DNA of 64,000 nt from Octopus vulgaris (taxonomy: Eukaryota). The position numbers and the translations under genes were made by a program. The stretch is taken from the NCBI GenBank assembly GCA_951406725.2, contig OX597814.1, positions 223,262,001-223,326,000 of the forward strand. The letters are read 5' to 3'. Positions 1-15,730 of the stretch are shown piece after piece. How positions within the stretch are numbered: position 1 is the first letter of the stretch; every line of letters begins with the position of its first letter. Below the pieces are notes generated by a model. That model searched no databases, was not told the DNA's origin, and was given only the letters and a program-made list of their open reading frames with translations.

Positions 1-717
1 TGGCACAATAACTTCAAGTTAGCCAGAAAACTGCCTGCAACTATTTGCATGCGATCGGAAGATCAAAGAATCTCGACAAATGGGTATCACACAATTTGAA
101 TGAAAATCGGAAAATGCGCAGATATGGAATTTGCTTGTCGCTTCTTCTCCGTAACAAGACCGATCCATTTCTCCACCGTATCGTAAGTTGCGATGAAAAA
201 TGGATTCTGTACAATACTAAAAAACGTTCTTCGCAGTGGTTGAACCAAAATGAAGCATCAAAAATATTCCCTAAATCCGAGCTCTTGAAAAGAAAATGGT
301 TATGGTGAGTGTTTGGTGGTGTACTTCTGGACTCATCCGCTATAACTTCTTAGAACCCGGAATGACAATTCTCGACCACACGTTTCCCTAATGACGCTCC
401 CGAAGTTGAGGGAATTTAACTATAAAGTTCTACCCCATCCAGCTTATTACCTAGATCTTTCTCCTGTCGACGACGGCTTTTCAAGCACTTTGATGTTTTC
501 TTGCGAGAGAAGATCAAAAATGAAACCGATGCTGAAAGTGCGTTCAAAGTGTTCATCAGTTTCAGAACTCCAGAATTTTTAGCAAACTGATAAATCGTTG
601 GAAAAAATGTTGATTATAATGGTACTTACTTTGATGAATAAAATTCCCGCATTGTGGAAATATATTGTAATGAATTTCAGGTTTCAAAACGTTGTTTACT
701 TTTTACTCAGCCGGATA
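1..717 (+). mobile_element. Decayed mariner (Tc1/mariner) transposon, cut by the window start
   Basis: ORFs 45-308 and 391-582 give WVSH (WVPH), SCDEKWILYN, HPAYYLDLSPVD (HPPYSPDLSPTD); NDNSRPH at ~361 follows an internal deletion; TIR-like end TTTACTTTTTACTCAGCCGGATA at ~695-717; frameshifts. Confidence 0.85.
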
Positions 718-3700
718 TAATAAAATTAATTCATTAAGGCACAAATTATTCGTGTGTCACTAACTTGACATCAAGTTGGTTGATTATAGAAAAATTAGGC
801 ATAGTGACAAAAATCTTCTAACTATAGCTTTCCGACATCTTTTATGCTGTGATAGTGAATGAATATTGATAATTATCCAAATTCCCCTATCGTTTTCCGG
901 AGATATTAGGATGTTATCTCAAGGTATGGCTGTCATTTCTAGCCGTTAGAACGACTATGTTGTAGCATCCACATGAAAGCTTCCGTTGTTATCGTATGTG
1001 TCTTATAATCCAAGTTAATATTAAGATGCACTCGGTTGAATAAGTTGACATCAACTTTAAAGCACCCCAATAGATTCTTCGATATCTCAATCTACTTTAT
1101 TTTTAATCCTATTATGACGCTGAAATGAACAGGAATGATAGCGGAATTCAGCCAAATATTTACTTCTCTCACTTTCTTTGGAAATAACACCTTTTGCCAA
1201 CTCCAAATTGTGCAGAAACTAGAAATGTAGAAATCTTTGCCAGATACCTTGCAGTTTCTAAGCTCGTGATTCTTTGACATTTGCTTTCAAACCTTATAGT
1301 CTATTTGACATGACTCGTCATCGTTTCTGGATCAATAATATAAGTGAGGTTGGAATTATTTATGTATTTATGAAACATTTCTATTTCCAGTCCCTTTTAT
1401 TTAGGCTTCAGTGTACTATTGTTCAATATAAATGCGTTTCGTATATAAAAGAACGGCTATAGGTGAGCGATGCTATACCAGTATATATATTATGTGCAAA
1501 TTTTTTTGTGCTTCCTTGAGTATTTTCATGATTGGCAGTATGAAGTTAGTGTGTACATTTGATATTTTGTTTTTTTATTTATTCTTACGCTAAGCAAATC
1601 GTAATATTAGCATGGGTGTGATGTTATATATATCTTGGGGAGAAATTATCGGTATAAAGTAAGAAGAATTTGATTAATATCAATCCCTTAACATTTGATT
1701 TCTAACATAGACAATACATCATCCACAGAAAAATGAAAATTAAAACAGTTTTAAGAGGGATTTGGATTCAGAACACAAAGGGAAATAACTACCTTAAAGT
1801 ATTTTGTACACCGATCTAAAAAGTATATCGATTCAGGCCCCTTTTCTCTTAATACATCCAGGTTGTTTAAAAGAATAAGGTAAAAGAAACGACAGAATTC
1901 CAAACTAAATAATTGCAGTCTTTATTTACGTTGAAGTCCAGTCTTAGCCCAAACCCATAAGTGGAAAACTAGCAAATTTTGCCACTCATACTTTAATTCG
2001 CTTTCCATAATTGTTCCTTGCAGATATTTGACATCAAAACGTACCAGTGATAATTATTACCAGGTAATATGAAGAGTTTCAGGTTCATAAATTCAACTGT
2101 TCACACTTCTATAGTCTGCAAAATCTGATTGCTTTTGATGAATGCAAATTAATCCTCACATTAACGGTTTTATGGTGTCAGCACATTAATATTCACACTC
2201 ATGGATAACAGCAATTAAGTCATTATGTTGACATAATATATGTTTCGAGGGACAAAAACTCATGTACGTTAAAATTGGGAAATAATAGTTTCTCTTCTTG
2301 GTTTATATTGTTTTCAGCATTCACATAAATCATCATTAAATTTCATCAAAACTCTCATCTAGGAGTATGCGTTCAGTAAATCTTGGGACTGAGTCATTTA
2401 CGTCATCTGAAATTTAGTTTTTGTCTCTAATAAACTCGAAAATCCATCAAAATTCATGTTCATTTTAAGTATTTCTTCCGTTTTGCAAAAAGGTTTCTTT
2501 CGTAACGAAGTTATCTTCTAGGAGCCCCACATTGCATAAACTTTGATAAATAGCCTCCGGAAGGAAAAGATTAATTCTTATATATTTCACATTCTTATTT
2601 ATAATCCAAATTTTATATTTAAGAAAAAATGCTTTGTATATCATTGTACGAATGGATAATTTTGTATATATTGTACAAATGGATATTTTTCTTTTACAGT
2701 TTAAACATAATGGATTACGAATTCTTGCTAAATGTTCGAGTCAAAAATACCAAGTGAAAATATATATACGTGCATAAAGAAAAGATATCCATCTTCTGAA
2801 CAATGTATTAAAACAAAAATGCATATTCCTTAATTCTGCATATAGAGGTAAGTCGCCTCTGTTATTGGTACAATTCTTCAAATTATTTCGTTTTCTAGTA
2901 AAAGTAAATATTGTGTAATGAAGCAATATCTAGAGAAATTATAAGACATAGAAAATTTTTTAATTGGGGGTATATAGAATAACAACCAAAATGATTTGTG
3001 ATTATATTTTATTACTCTCACAATATAACTCCCAAACTAGGAATTAGATGCAATGATTTCCGTTCATGTTTTTTTAATGTCCTTGTTGAATGCCGTTTCC
3101 TATTCCTTTTTAAATTTTTAAATGGGGAAAAGCTATAGAAAATCATAAAATACAATCCTTTACTAGAAATTATCTATTAACATTACATTTAGAGCAACAT
3201 GTATTGGAGGAAAATTTTAGGTAATGTACCACGTTATGCATTTTTAAAGAATTTTCTCATATGTCGAATAGAAAAAAAAGTTGATATTAGTAACATTCGT
3301 ACTTATTCATATTCCAAATCTAATAAAATTACCAGAGCATTCTTCAGATTCAATTTCCTTAGTTAAATAACGAAATGAATTCTTATTAATATATTTTGAT
3401 TAATACCATGTCATAATAACTGCAAGTTTGGTCTCAATGGTTGTACATGATAGATTATCAGTAGATCGCTATAGGAAGGAAACTAGAATACTCACAGTAT
3501 AAACTATTTGATAATCTACTGAAAATCATGAGAGCATTTACGATGAGGAATTCCAAATAAGAAGTTAAACATCACTGAATAGAAGGAATGGCTTCGAATG
3601 CCAGTGTAACATGAAAGAAGAAACCACATAAGTGTGTGGATGCACTTTATGAAGACGAGATGTGCAAGAGTTACATGCAACATTAACTGTATTTTATCTT

Positions 3701-4756
3701 ATTATCTTGATTATTAATTATATTGGAGAAAAACTCGAATTTTGACGAAATACAAATGCACTTAAATTCAGTTCACTACTTCACCACAGAAACATAAAGT
3801 GTAACATCGTCTCAAAAATATATTTATAAATAGTGAGTTTTAAGATATCGAATGTGACGTTTGCAAATACATTTTCTCATGCACTTCAACATTGTTTGTG
3901 AAGAATTTCTTTTAAAGATTTGTAAATATATTTGAAGTATCACACAACGCTATTTTTTGTTGCAGGAATCTTATTTGGATGTATGTGTGAGCCTACACAG
4001 AGAGCAATGGAGAGTTAGAAGACAGAAACAGAAAGAAGATACATAAATAGCTATATCAACATTTCCAATACACACTAAGCAGACGATCAAAGTTGACATT
4101 GGACAGGGAAATATTCAACAACTGTGTCTCTCTCTCTCTCCTTCTCTTTCAGCGATTCATAAACAAAATTGAAGTACAAACTTCCATCTTATTTACCGCA
4201 TACATAGCAAAGGAGGTCATTGTGGCCGATATACAAATTCTTCTCCATAACAGCAACGTGAGCTCCCATGCGTGTAGACAGTTTACGCACCCGATGGAAA
4301 ATGATCAAACATGACTGATCATTCCAATTGCCAATGGTCAGAATGTAACTTTGAGAAGAAGTGCACTTGCTCTCTCAATTTCTAAAAGAAATAATTTGCT
4401 CTGTGAAAGGAAAATACCTATCTATATGAGTTGTGTGGGAGTGAAACAAGATAATATTGATATAGCGTTCACAGGTCAAATAGATTAGACCTCAAAAATC
4501 AGATATACATAACATAACCAACTAACCAGCATCTCGAGGCATTTTAAATTATCAATTATCTCATTTTTATATCTCTTTTCTGCTTCCATTTCATAGAATA
4601 TATCCATAGTTATATGCTGAAAATATTTTCATTCTAGCAAAATTATAATATAACTGAATAATGTTCCTTATGAAAAAGATATCAGGCTGCTTGTTTTCGT
4701 AGAACCACTTTTCGATAAGTAAGAACTACTTTGCTACCGATGTTATATGTTATTTG

Positions 4757-5138
4757 GTGGAGGCGCAATGGCCCAGTGGTTAGGGCAGCGGACTCGCGGT
4801 CGTAGGATCGCGGTTTCGATTCCTAGACCGGGCGTTTTGAGTGTTTATTGAGCGAAAACACCTAAAAGCTCCACGAGGCTCCGGCAGGGATGATGGTGAT
4901 CCCTGTTGTACTCTTTCACCACAACTTTCTCTCACTCTTACTTCCTGTTTTTGTTGTACCTGTATTTCAAAGGGCCGGCCTTGTCACTCTCTGTGTCACG
5001 CTGAATATCCCCGAGAACTACGTTAAGGGTACACGTGACTGTGGAGTGCTCAGCCACTTACATGTTAATTTCACGAGCAGGCTGTTCCGTTGACCGGATC
5101 AACCGGATCCCTCGTCGTCGTAACCGACGGAGTGTTCC
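4757..5138 (+). mobile_element. tRNA-derived SINE (tRNA-Arg-like head; resembles octopus OR-type SINEs), full length
   Basis: A box TGGCCCAGTGG, anticodon-like GACTCGCGGTC, B box GTTTCGATTCC; perfect 12-bp TSD ATATGTTATTTG at 4745-4756 and 5139-5150. Confidence 0.85.
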
Positions 5139-8100
5139 ATATGTTATTTGATAAAGGTTCTTTTATCAAGCAAATAATGAATAATACGGCTTAAAACGAC
5201 ATAAAAATCTAACTTTAAAAAATTCTACCTAAAATCTACCTCTTCAAATCACAATCACAAACAACATACTACATGGTTGTGGATGCAAAAGAGAGACAGA
5301 AACAAGCCTTTTGACAAAATACAGATAGAAGCAAGCCTTTCGACATTGCAATTCGATCTTGCACAAATCCGCCCTTACTGGTACAGAATAGTTCAAAACC
5401 GTGGAATTTCACTGGAAAAATTATCATAAGCCATTCAGTAACAATGATAAATAGAAAGCCTAAACTAAAGTCTAATTGCAAACATATCACAACGTTTACG
5501 CCAACCTTCTGATGGGAAACAACCAAAGGATTGATGTCGTCACACATCAGAACAGGTGAATTCCACCATCATGTCATTCAATTCAACAAGTTAAAAAGAA
5601 AGTCCTCTGAAGTTCGCTGTGCCCCTAAATTCCTCAATACCAACGTGAAACCATGAGACAGCAATTACAGATACTAAACTATATGCGGGTATGTTTGTGT
5701 GTGTGTTTATGTATGTGTCTGCAGATAATCGATACCTCTTCCACGATATGCAAGGAAAAGCAGCTAGTTAATGACTTACTTCAAGAATTTGCAAACTTAA
5801 AAAAAAAATTGAAGAAAGAAAATGCTTATTACAAAAATAATGCGAGGTGCTTTTAGATCACTGCAATACAATCCTTCGCAGAAACATTCAGCTATCGCTG
5901 TCAAATTTCCCCTCAAGTTATAGACATCTCTTTCCAATACAGCTATTTTACAGTGGCATATGGTAATAGAATCTGTCATATTTGTCAGAACGCCTTCTAC
6001 AAAATCGACCTACATTCACTCATCTCTGTCACTCTCTCTCTTTCTCTCTCTCTCACCCACACACCCATACACGTACTCTCTCTTTCTTTCAATTTATATG
6101 TTGTGCTTTTTATTTTCACCTTCGAAATGTTCGTTAATGTACTTTGTAATAATTCAATCCCCATGTATTTTCTTCTATCAACTTATATTCACGATATTCC
6201 ATTTTATATTTACTTTTGTATTCTTCTTATTCGATTTTCCTTTTATTTTTTTTATGTGTTTGTTTTCCTGTTGATTTATACTGAACCAGGTTTATTAAAG
6301 AAATATTTCTTGAAAATGTATAATGCTGTAAGTATAATGTTAATATTGATTATTACTTTGGACCAGCGCTGCAGCTTATATTGACTGACTGACTTTAGCG
6401 GTCATCTCTACTAATTTTTAACTCGTCCCCACGAAGAAGAAAGAAAAGGGAAAGGTCCAATATTTTTGGAACACAGAATTTTAGGGAAAACGATTAAATT
6501 CAGTATTTTATCAATGGCTCTCTTTATTCTGCCATCAACGTCTTCGAATGTTAAAGAAATTAATAAACATTATATGTTGGCTTAAGAATGCGAATTCGCC
6601 AAATGTTATCATATTTGACTTATTTGCTAAAGTTAATATGGCGAAATCTATCATGACAAAATTTATCCCATCAGCTGAAAATTTTGCATCTTTCTTTGCT
6701 TTCTCAGAATATTAGACTTTACTGGCTATCTGTAATACATGTCGAAAGCGTATTTCATCACAGATATTTCACTAAGCTAGAATTCATGAATGTATGAAAT
6801 ATGTGTAATGATGGTCACGCAATTCCCATTGATATTGCAGTCAGTAGTGTAATAAGTCAAACTCAGATGAAAATCGAAAGAATGCCGTGATATCAGTTCG
6901 TGAATAACTTAGTCTGTCTCTTTGGTGAGGGCAAAATATATAAATACTTAATAACCACTTTTCGCCAAGATGGTACACACTTTTATGGTTTATACTTATA
7001 TTAACAAGACCAATTTTACATGTTTTTGCGAGATAGGGAAGACTTTAGACAACAGTAGGCAGGGTACTTCTAATATACAAGTACGAATCTATTGATATAT
7101 ATGTCAGAATATATGTCAGAAGATTTGGAGTATTGATAACTGTTGTCTTTACTATTTAGATGAAGATATATTATTGGAAAAGAAAATGTTTTTACATTCT
7201 GTTTTAAAATTCCCCCACGTTCCGCGGGCGTAAAATTGATATACCAGTCAAGCTTAGGTTCGACGGTATCAGTTAAGGACTGAAACTTGCTGGCCTTGTG
7301 TCTAATTTAGAAACGATTATTATGAAGCCTGCTTATATTCTCAGCTCGAATCCCACCGATATCAATCTGCTTTTCATCTCAATGGATTCGATGAAATATA
7401 TAACATGAATCATGTACTGAAGTTTAAGTAATTAAGTATGCCTTTGCCCACAAAATTGCTGGCCTCGTGTCTTATTTAGTAGGCATAATGCACATACAAT
7501 GCACATGATCCAAGCTAGGTTGATTGTAGTCCACTAAAAATAGAGTCCCCAACACATTGTGCTACTGATATTGATATTTAGCAAACAAAAATGACTGAAA
7601 TGTACGGCTGTTGCTCTTTTTAAACTCAAATCTGAGCAGACACGTTCCAGTCGTGACTTTCTCTGAACATTTTTCCCAGGCAGTGTATCGACGAATATAT
7701 TTGTACACAATATGTCGTTTTTTAAAGTCGATAGAATGTGAATTGAGGGAGATATTTAGCGCTACTTAAATCATGCTGTGTATGTACGTAGAGACAAACG
7801 TTTTTAGATATTATAGACATAATCATACTTGAATACGTATGTGTGTGGCGTAATTTGAAATTTGAATGTTGGGAAATGAATCTAAACAAACAGTGTCAAA
7901 ACATTTAGTGCAGCGCTCATCTGCTTGACTAAGTGATCTCTGCCAAGAGTAGATACGTAAATAGCACTTACAACAGGAGTTATTATGTAACACCTTTTCC
8001 AGTGCTCTTTTTAACTAAAGATAAAACTATCTGCTGTTGGTGTTGAAATGGACATAAAAGAAAGACACCTGCTTCTGTTTATCAAAGAGAAACACGGAGA

Positions 8101-8710
8101 ATAAGCAGAAAACTTGTGCAATTTTTAATTCCTTTAGAGTTTTGGTTATATAAAGATAATAGTATCACATCTATTCAGTAACACCTAACTTCTTGGCGCT
8201 CTATCACTTTTTTCTTCAAATAACACTCTTGCAATCTGTCTACTTCATTCCTGTTTACTAAATATATATATCTTTCTCATATTGTCTACTATTTTGCCAC
8301 TCTTTCTTTTTATCATTTGCTAGCTCGCGTTTTTCTTTATATTAATTTCCATAAATTTTTCATTTTTCTTCTTTATCTATCCATCCATCTATCCATATAT
8401 AAATATACGTTTATGTGTGCGTATGTCTGTCTGTGGATCTACTCATGTTTCTATCGTTCTACTTTTTTTTATATATACGTCTATATTTTTGTTTGTTGTT
8501 TCTTTCTATTTTCTATCCAGTTATCCTTTCACATTTCTGTTTCGTTTGTGTAGATGCACTATATATATATATATAGATAGATAACTACACTTTTTGAAAA
8601 ACAACTGTGTTTGGTTTCAATGTTTCTCTGTCTTACTAAATATGCTGACTCTAACTTTCCCAAACATTTCCACCTTTTGTTTTACCTTTCTTAAACTTAT
8701 CTTCTTTTAC

Positions 8711-8742
<32 letters not shown>

Positions 8743-11279
8743 CTCTATCTCTCTTCCCCTCTCTCTCTCCCTCTGAATCACATATAACTATCGATGTATC
8801 ATAACTGATGTATACGCAATAAAGATAGGCTAGTTATTGGTGTGGTTGTCGAGAGATGACATCTCTTATAAACTTGCTGTGTTAAAACCACAATACCATT
8901 GTGTTATCTCAGGAAAAGTAGTGCAGTAGCTGGCCTATCGACAAAGTGTGTACTTTAAGCTTGATACATACAATATGATATTTTAGCTAAATACTGATTC
9001 AATTGCTAAATTGCGTATATCTCTCTCACTCTCACTCCCTGTCTGTCGTTCTCCATTCAATTCTCTTTTATTTCTCCAAGAATTTCTAAGAAATATCATT
9101 ACAAAGTTCAAAATAATCCACATATGCCCACCTGTACATAGTGAAAAATCAGCTGAGTTTATCGGTTGAGAAGATCTGAAAGCAATCGTTTATTGGTAAT
9201 TATATACAACCTTCTTATATCTTTGACACTCGTCTAATTCGAACATTCACTTACATTCCTGCTGCTGAGGCAGGGCTCTTATTGCTTTCTGGCATATCGC
9301 TTATAAAATCCCCCCCCCAGTTCTCTGAAACAGAGGTGATTTGCAATTGATTGTATTTACTCCGAATACACAGTTTTATATTTTCACTCAGTACAATACA
9401 TGATATTTATTAGGAATATAACAAGGGAATTCCTGATATCGATGGCTTTTTACAGGGTTCTATTGATCAAAAAAGTTAAATAACATTGTATGAAACAGTG
9501 ATATATAACGACTAAGTAGAGCATTCAACTCACGCAAAGGTTACATTTTTCGTGAAAAACGCTCACCTTTATTAGTTTGAAGAATATCATGAACACAAAA
9601 ACCGCTGTAATATATTCTCTGGGCAATGAAGCATCAATTTAAGTTAGCGGTTCTCAGTATTTTTTTAGTTCGTGCAGCACTAGAGATCAAAAATCACATC
9701 TAGAACACATCATAAAGAAGGTTAAAAAATGTTAGTGCACTTCGCATCTAAAGTTAAAAATAAATTGTTTAAAGTTAGAAATTTAGAAACATAACACAGA
9801 CAAAAAAAAGCTATTGCTTTCTTTGTTTTATTATTGTAATTCTGTACAGCAAAATTACGAATGAAAAGCTTACGAGAAGCCCTTCGATCTTAAAGGTCGG
9901 TTAAGTTCCTACAAAATCGATTGATAGGCACTGATACACTTCTTTACTTACTATTTGAAAAAAAGCTCCAGCTGTTTACGTTGGAATGATAGCAACAACC
10001 CGAATTTAACGTTTTCTACACCACAACCCCTTGATTTAGTATGTTGCGATGTTCATGAATGTTCCAAGATCTTTAGCGTTGGAGGTATCAATAATTTCAA
10101 CACTATTTGAATTTTTCCCACATGATGTTCAGTAGCAAATTATTTGTAAAAATCATATATTACATTAGTGCAGGTGTATCTAGTAATCAGTAGGTGACGG
10201 ATATGGATTACTGAAAAATTCCCTTACTAGTATTTACATAATTGAATCCTTAATTAGTGGAATTTATATTTGTTCCAGTGAAATTTGAACTTTAAACACA
10301 AAAGGAGTTGAAGTAACTTAATCCATTATAGTCATTTGCAACCAGCTAATATTTTTAGTGGTTGTTGTGATTATATTTCTTGAAATATTTCAGGCAATTT
10401 TAAGATGAAATAACATCACATTAATTACTTTCGATATAACAATTTGGCACCAGGCTTATTCGCCTGCTTTCGTGACTAGAGAAAGATTTAAGAATTATAA
10501 ATTATCAGTATTCTAGTAAGATTTTTTGTCTTATTTTATGCATTCCATTTACTGTTTAAGCTTAAATGAAACAATAATTTGATAAAATTACGTAACCGAA
10601 GGAATTTCACGTCTTCAAATCAAACTTGTGATATTTCAATTTTTAATTAGCAGCTTGAAGAAATATAATTAAATTTTTCTTGATTAAATTTCCATTTACA
10701 AATTTTAATCACCTGATTATAATATTAGCCATAAGTTCAGAATTATGAAAACAGAAAAACAATAGATATTGGCGGTTCTATTGTTTCAAGTACTTCCCAC
10801 ATATTCAGATTTCTTTACTTCTAATGGCTTCATACATAAACACAAGGTTATATATATGTGTAGAGGAGAAGCGTCGTCTTCCAGCAGCATTTAACGTTTA
10901 CTTTACGCAATGGTGCTGACAGTGTGTCGTTGCTGTATTTGTTAGGGAAAGCAGCTAAATTTCCCTAGTATCACATCACGCTACTGTATTTCGAAAGCAC
11001 GTGACGATCAATACCGATCTCAACACACTAGAATGTGAGGACACATATATTGGAGCGCTTATCATGATAGGTCTACATCTTCGGAGGTTAACTGTTCGTA
11101 AACTTCAACTTGGATTACTCTATAGATAGCTAGGTCTTACATGGCGATGACTTAGTTAAAATGTAGAGAGACTGAAATACATACGCAGAACCGTCTTGCT
11201 TGCTACTCTTTCAGTCGTCCATATTCCTTTATACATGTTTTTATTTACATGTAAAGTTGAAATGAAGTTATAGTGTCCA

Positions 11280-12060
11280 TTGTCTCCCAGACCCGCTCAG
11301 ACTAATCCCAAGGGTGTCATTAGAGATCTTCTTCAACCATTACAAGTCAATATTAAGGGAATGATGTGAGCAGTGAGGTTGTCCCAAACGATCGATTTTC
11401 TGCCATGAAAGGACAAAACGTAAAGGATAGGGTCGAGCCTGGACGATCGGATACACTAAGCATCGTGCTCCAAAAGGTTACGAGTGAGTTGTGATTGCCT
11501 GAGTAGGAGTGGCATGAATTCAGCCCGCTCTGAGGTGACCAAGACCATTATATGCCATTATAGAAGACAGAAAGGAGTGAAAGGAGACAGTGTTTCTGTG
11601 TCCCAGAGCGTCTCTGAGTGTGACTTTATACCGATAAGTCAAATGGCTTTCTCCGACTGTGGCCCAATATGTTAGTGTGTCTAGTAGAAGCGTTTGTCCA
11701 AGAAGTGCTAGATTTACTCAACTGAGGGACTCATCTAAATTTTATAGAGCTTAAGTAATTGAGAGGTGACGAAATACCCGTGTAATCATAAGATAACTAA
11801 TCTTCTGGATCCTATCCTGGCTGTTAAAGGACATGATCTTATCAGGAGAGGTATTCGGTGGTAGCAAGCTTCAATAGTTGAAAAAATCGAGAGCACTCTA
11901 GCTGAGTGTTTCGTACGTTTACTTGTGGTCGGTGCAGTTTTTATTCGTAGGAGGATGCTTTTTAAAGTCTTCTGCCTATAGCATTGTTACGGATTAGAAG
12001 TCTGGCGACTAAGTTGCAAGCGGATAATACATCGGAATTAGGAGCAGAGCGGAATCTGAG
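11280..12060 (-). mobile_element. Decayed 3' end of a CR1/L2/Jockey-group LINE (RT C-terminus)
   Basis: Minus-strand translation with stops: QLLKLYKI*MSPSVE...KAI*LIGIKS...ELMPLLLRQS, resembling LLxLYKAxVRPxxEY...RKAIRLI of these LINEs; locally higher GC. Confidence 0.55.
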
Positions 12061-12870
12061 GAATAGAAAGTTTTCCAGCGAATAGAACAATCCAGAAATA
12101 TTTAGGTTTCTGGTATATTCGATTACTTTTACTAAAACAATTCACTTTATTCAAACTTTCAAATACCGCGACAGCGACATTTAAATGCAGAACACGAAGC
12201 GATGTAAATATAGACTGTAAGATATTCCTCCGGCACTCAAATGATTCTGAAAATTAACCATTCTTCGATTGAATAAAATAACATAAACAATATTCACAGC
12301 ATTGCATTGAATAGTATGTATTGACATCGAATTCCTTTCATATACAGATGAGAATCTCAACAGAGGATCCCATTAAATCTTACATATGCACTTACAGATT
12401 GCTATACATTTGAAGTGTTAATGATTACGTTCAGAGTTTCCTGTGTATGTGTGTGTGTTTGTGTTTGTGTATGTATCGGTGTGAGTTTGTGCGTGTATGC
12501 AGGAATGTAACAGAAGATAAAAAATATATCTGTGTAAAGCTATTAGGAGAAAGAAATAGAGAAATCGAGTTAGTTCTTTCGATAACAAAGAACCTCCAGA
12601 TTTACTTACTAATGGATATCTATATAAACGTCCATTAAGATTGATCCATGAAATGTGAAATTAAATTTGTAATGAAAAAATATATCAAAGGATGAAATTA
12701 CGGAGCGAAAATCATTTGTGAAATCATTTCCTAAAGTATTTGTCACGTACAGATATAAAACGGGAGGTTGCCACGCACACACATACAGAAACGTATACAC
12801 ACACATATACACATATAGACAAACGCACACACACAAACGCACGCACACACAAACGCACGCATGCACACAC

Positions 12871-12992
<122 letters not shown>

Positions 12993-13530
12993 CATCTGTG
13001 TGCGCCATTGTGAGATCAGTTGAGTAAGCCCGAAAAGGATGTTTTATATATCAGTATATGAAAAAAAATGTAACACAACGGTTTTTGTCGGCAGTTAACC
13101 ATCAGTGAGAGCCATGTCCATATGCGAAAGCATCAAGATTTATTTGCTAAGAATATACAGCTATAATGACTTTCTTGTTTTTGTTATTGTTTAGTATCTG
13201 AGCAATCCTGATAAGAGATGGAAAACTCCAATCATGGCATTCCAGCCTTACCGGTCTTTCGAGCTACCTCGGATTATGTTATTCGAGGAAATTTACATGA
13301 GAGTTATTTGAAAGAAAATTATTAATATGTTTAGCAGGTAACAAACATTTAAAAGCCGACTCAATAAATCAGTGTGACAAGGAGAGAGAACTCACTTTCG
13401 AACACAATGCAGCATATTTCTTTAATTGAAATAGGTTTTGTTAGTTTGTTAGTTTAAATTTCAAACGTCTTATTCACGAGTGCAACTGACTTAGAGTGAG
13501 AGAGAATATTAGAAGAAAGTACTAGGTTAA

Positions 13531-13735
13531 TATTTTTTCTACTCTAGGACAAGGCCCGAAATTTTGGGAGAGGGCCCAGTCGATTAGATTGACCCTAGCA
13601 CGCAACAAGTACTTAATTTATCGACTCCGAAACGATAAAAGGCAAAGTCGGAATTTGAACTCAGTACGTAAAGATAGACGAGATATTGCTAAGCATTTCG
13701 CCCGGCGTGCTAACGTTTCTGCCAGCTCGCCACCT
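13531..13735 (-). mobile_element. SINE family A (tRNA-like head plus Deu/Nin-like core), tail type 2
   Basis: Reverse complement starts GGTGGCGAGCTGGCAGAAACGTTAGCACGCCGGGCGAAATG, B box GAGTTCAAATTCC; matches many copies in the window. Confidence 0.85.
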
Positions 13736-13744
13736 TGTATTAGG

Positions 13745-13966
13745 GTAATATTGGCCTCAAATTTTGGCACAAAGTCAATGATGTCGAGGAAGTGTGGTTA
13801 GTCGACTACATTGACCTCAGTGTTGAACTGATAGTTAATTTATGAACCTCGAAACAATGAAATTCAAAGGTGACACAGGTGGCATTTGAACTCAGAACTT
13901 GAAGTCGTAGGAAATGCAACTAAACAGTTTTCCCGGGGCTGTAAAAATTCTGCCAGCTCACCGACT
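13745..13966 (-). mobile_element. SINE family A, old degenerate copy
   Basis: ATTTGAACTCAGAAC...TCTGCCAGCTCACCG and AGTCGACTACATTGACCTCAGT blocks match family A. Confidence 0.65.
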
Positions 13967-14075
13967 TGAGGTAGTTCAAAACTACCTTAAACATTCCCAC
14001 GTATATCAGAACTTTTGAAATGTTTCTCCCTTTACTGATTACGGTGCTAAATTATTTATCGCGAAAGTCAACGCT

Positions 14076-14134
<59 letters not shown>

Positions 14135-14178
14135 ATACATATATATATCTGTCTATCTATGCATGTATCTATATATAA

Positions 14179-14232
<54 letters not shown>

Positions 14233-14670
14233 ATCACAACTTTTCTCAAACTTTGTTCCTGTTTTTGTTCTTTTAGAAAATAAACCAGACAAGTTTTCAA
14301 TATATTATTGATAGCCACTGATGGTATAATAGTGATTCTCTCTCTACTTTTTTTTCTTTTTACTTCATTCGTTTGATTTACATCTGCAGTAATTCTCCTG
14401 GTGCTTCATTTCACCTTCAAATATTTATTTTCATCATTTTCATGATTTTTATCGGCATTACACTAAAAGTTTTGGCTTACTTACCTTTCTGGATTTTTTT
14501 TTCAGTGATCAGACGATAAGAATATAGCTAATACCTTTAAAATGTTGAATCAAACGACACACATAAAAAAAAAATAGTACCAACCCTGTTTAATATACTA
14601 TTCAATATTTTCCTCGATGTTTTCAGGTCTCAAGGAATAGCATAGCATATGAGTGCGCGTATGTATAGAC

Positions 14671-14726
<56 letters not shown>

Positions 14727-14921
14727 AGGTAGATTTTAAATTCTCATGTAGGTTGGCTGGTCATCTCCAACATACCAACTTGCATATCTGTATATAGATT
14801 GATACATAGATCGATTAATTGATTTATTTCATGTATATATATGTGTGTGTATGTATGTATGTTTATATGTATATATATATATTTATGTATATATATATAT
14901 ATGTATGCATGTATATATATC

Positions 14922-14995
<74 letters not shown>

Positions 14996-15007
14996 CATGT
15001 ATATATA

Positions 15008-15096
<89 letters not shown>

Positions 15097-15441
15097 ATGT
15101 GTGTGCGAGTGTCTGATTATGTATGTATCGTGAATCTTTTGAGTACTTCCTTTTACTTTTGTTTTGCCTTCGTCTGTGATGGGTTTTTTTTTGGGGGGGA
15201 CGTTTGGTGGGGGAACTTCTTTTATCCATTTCCTAGATATCAAGGTCTCATCTGTATCCTGTGCTTTCAAAATTCATAGTACTCTATGATACACTGTCAT
15301 GATTTATACAACAATATTTGTGCTATCATACACTGCGTTATCACATATTCGAAGACTAGATAACAGGTTTTAAGCACTATTTTATTTACCACCTACTTTG
15401 GAAACTCATATACATTGCTATGGGGAGCTGAAAGATATTAC

Positions 15442-15443
<2 letters not shown>

Positions 15444-15522
<79 letters not shown>

Positions 15523-15526
15523 AATG

Positions 15527-15569
<43 letters not shown>

Positions 15570-15730
15570 TAATAATAAAAGAAGAAGAAGAAGAAGAAGA
15601 AGACGAAGAAGATGAAGATGAAGAAGAAGAGGAAGATGAAGAGGAAGATGAAGATGAAGATGAAGAAGAAGTAGAGGAGGAGGAAGAAGAAAAGAAAAAG
15701 AGGAAGAATAAGAAGAAGAAGATGAAGAAG
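15444..15730. repeat. Compound trinucleotide microsatellite (AAT)n-(GAT)n-(AAT)n-(GAA/GAG)n
   Basis: Direct; explains the homopolymeric ORFs at 15386-15802. Confidence 0.95.

Noticed and set aside
4759-4832. tRNA-Arg(TCG)-like gene
   Set aside because: No acceptor stem or terminator; continues into a SINE body bounded by a TSD, so it is a SINE head.
5269-5547. 92-aa non-repetitive minus-strand ORF as a host exon
   Set aside because: No recognisable domain, splice context or partner exon; length is compatible with chance.
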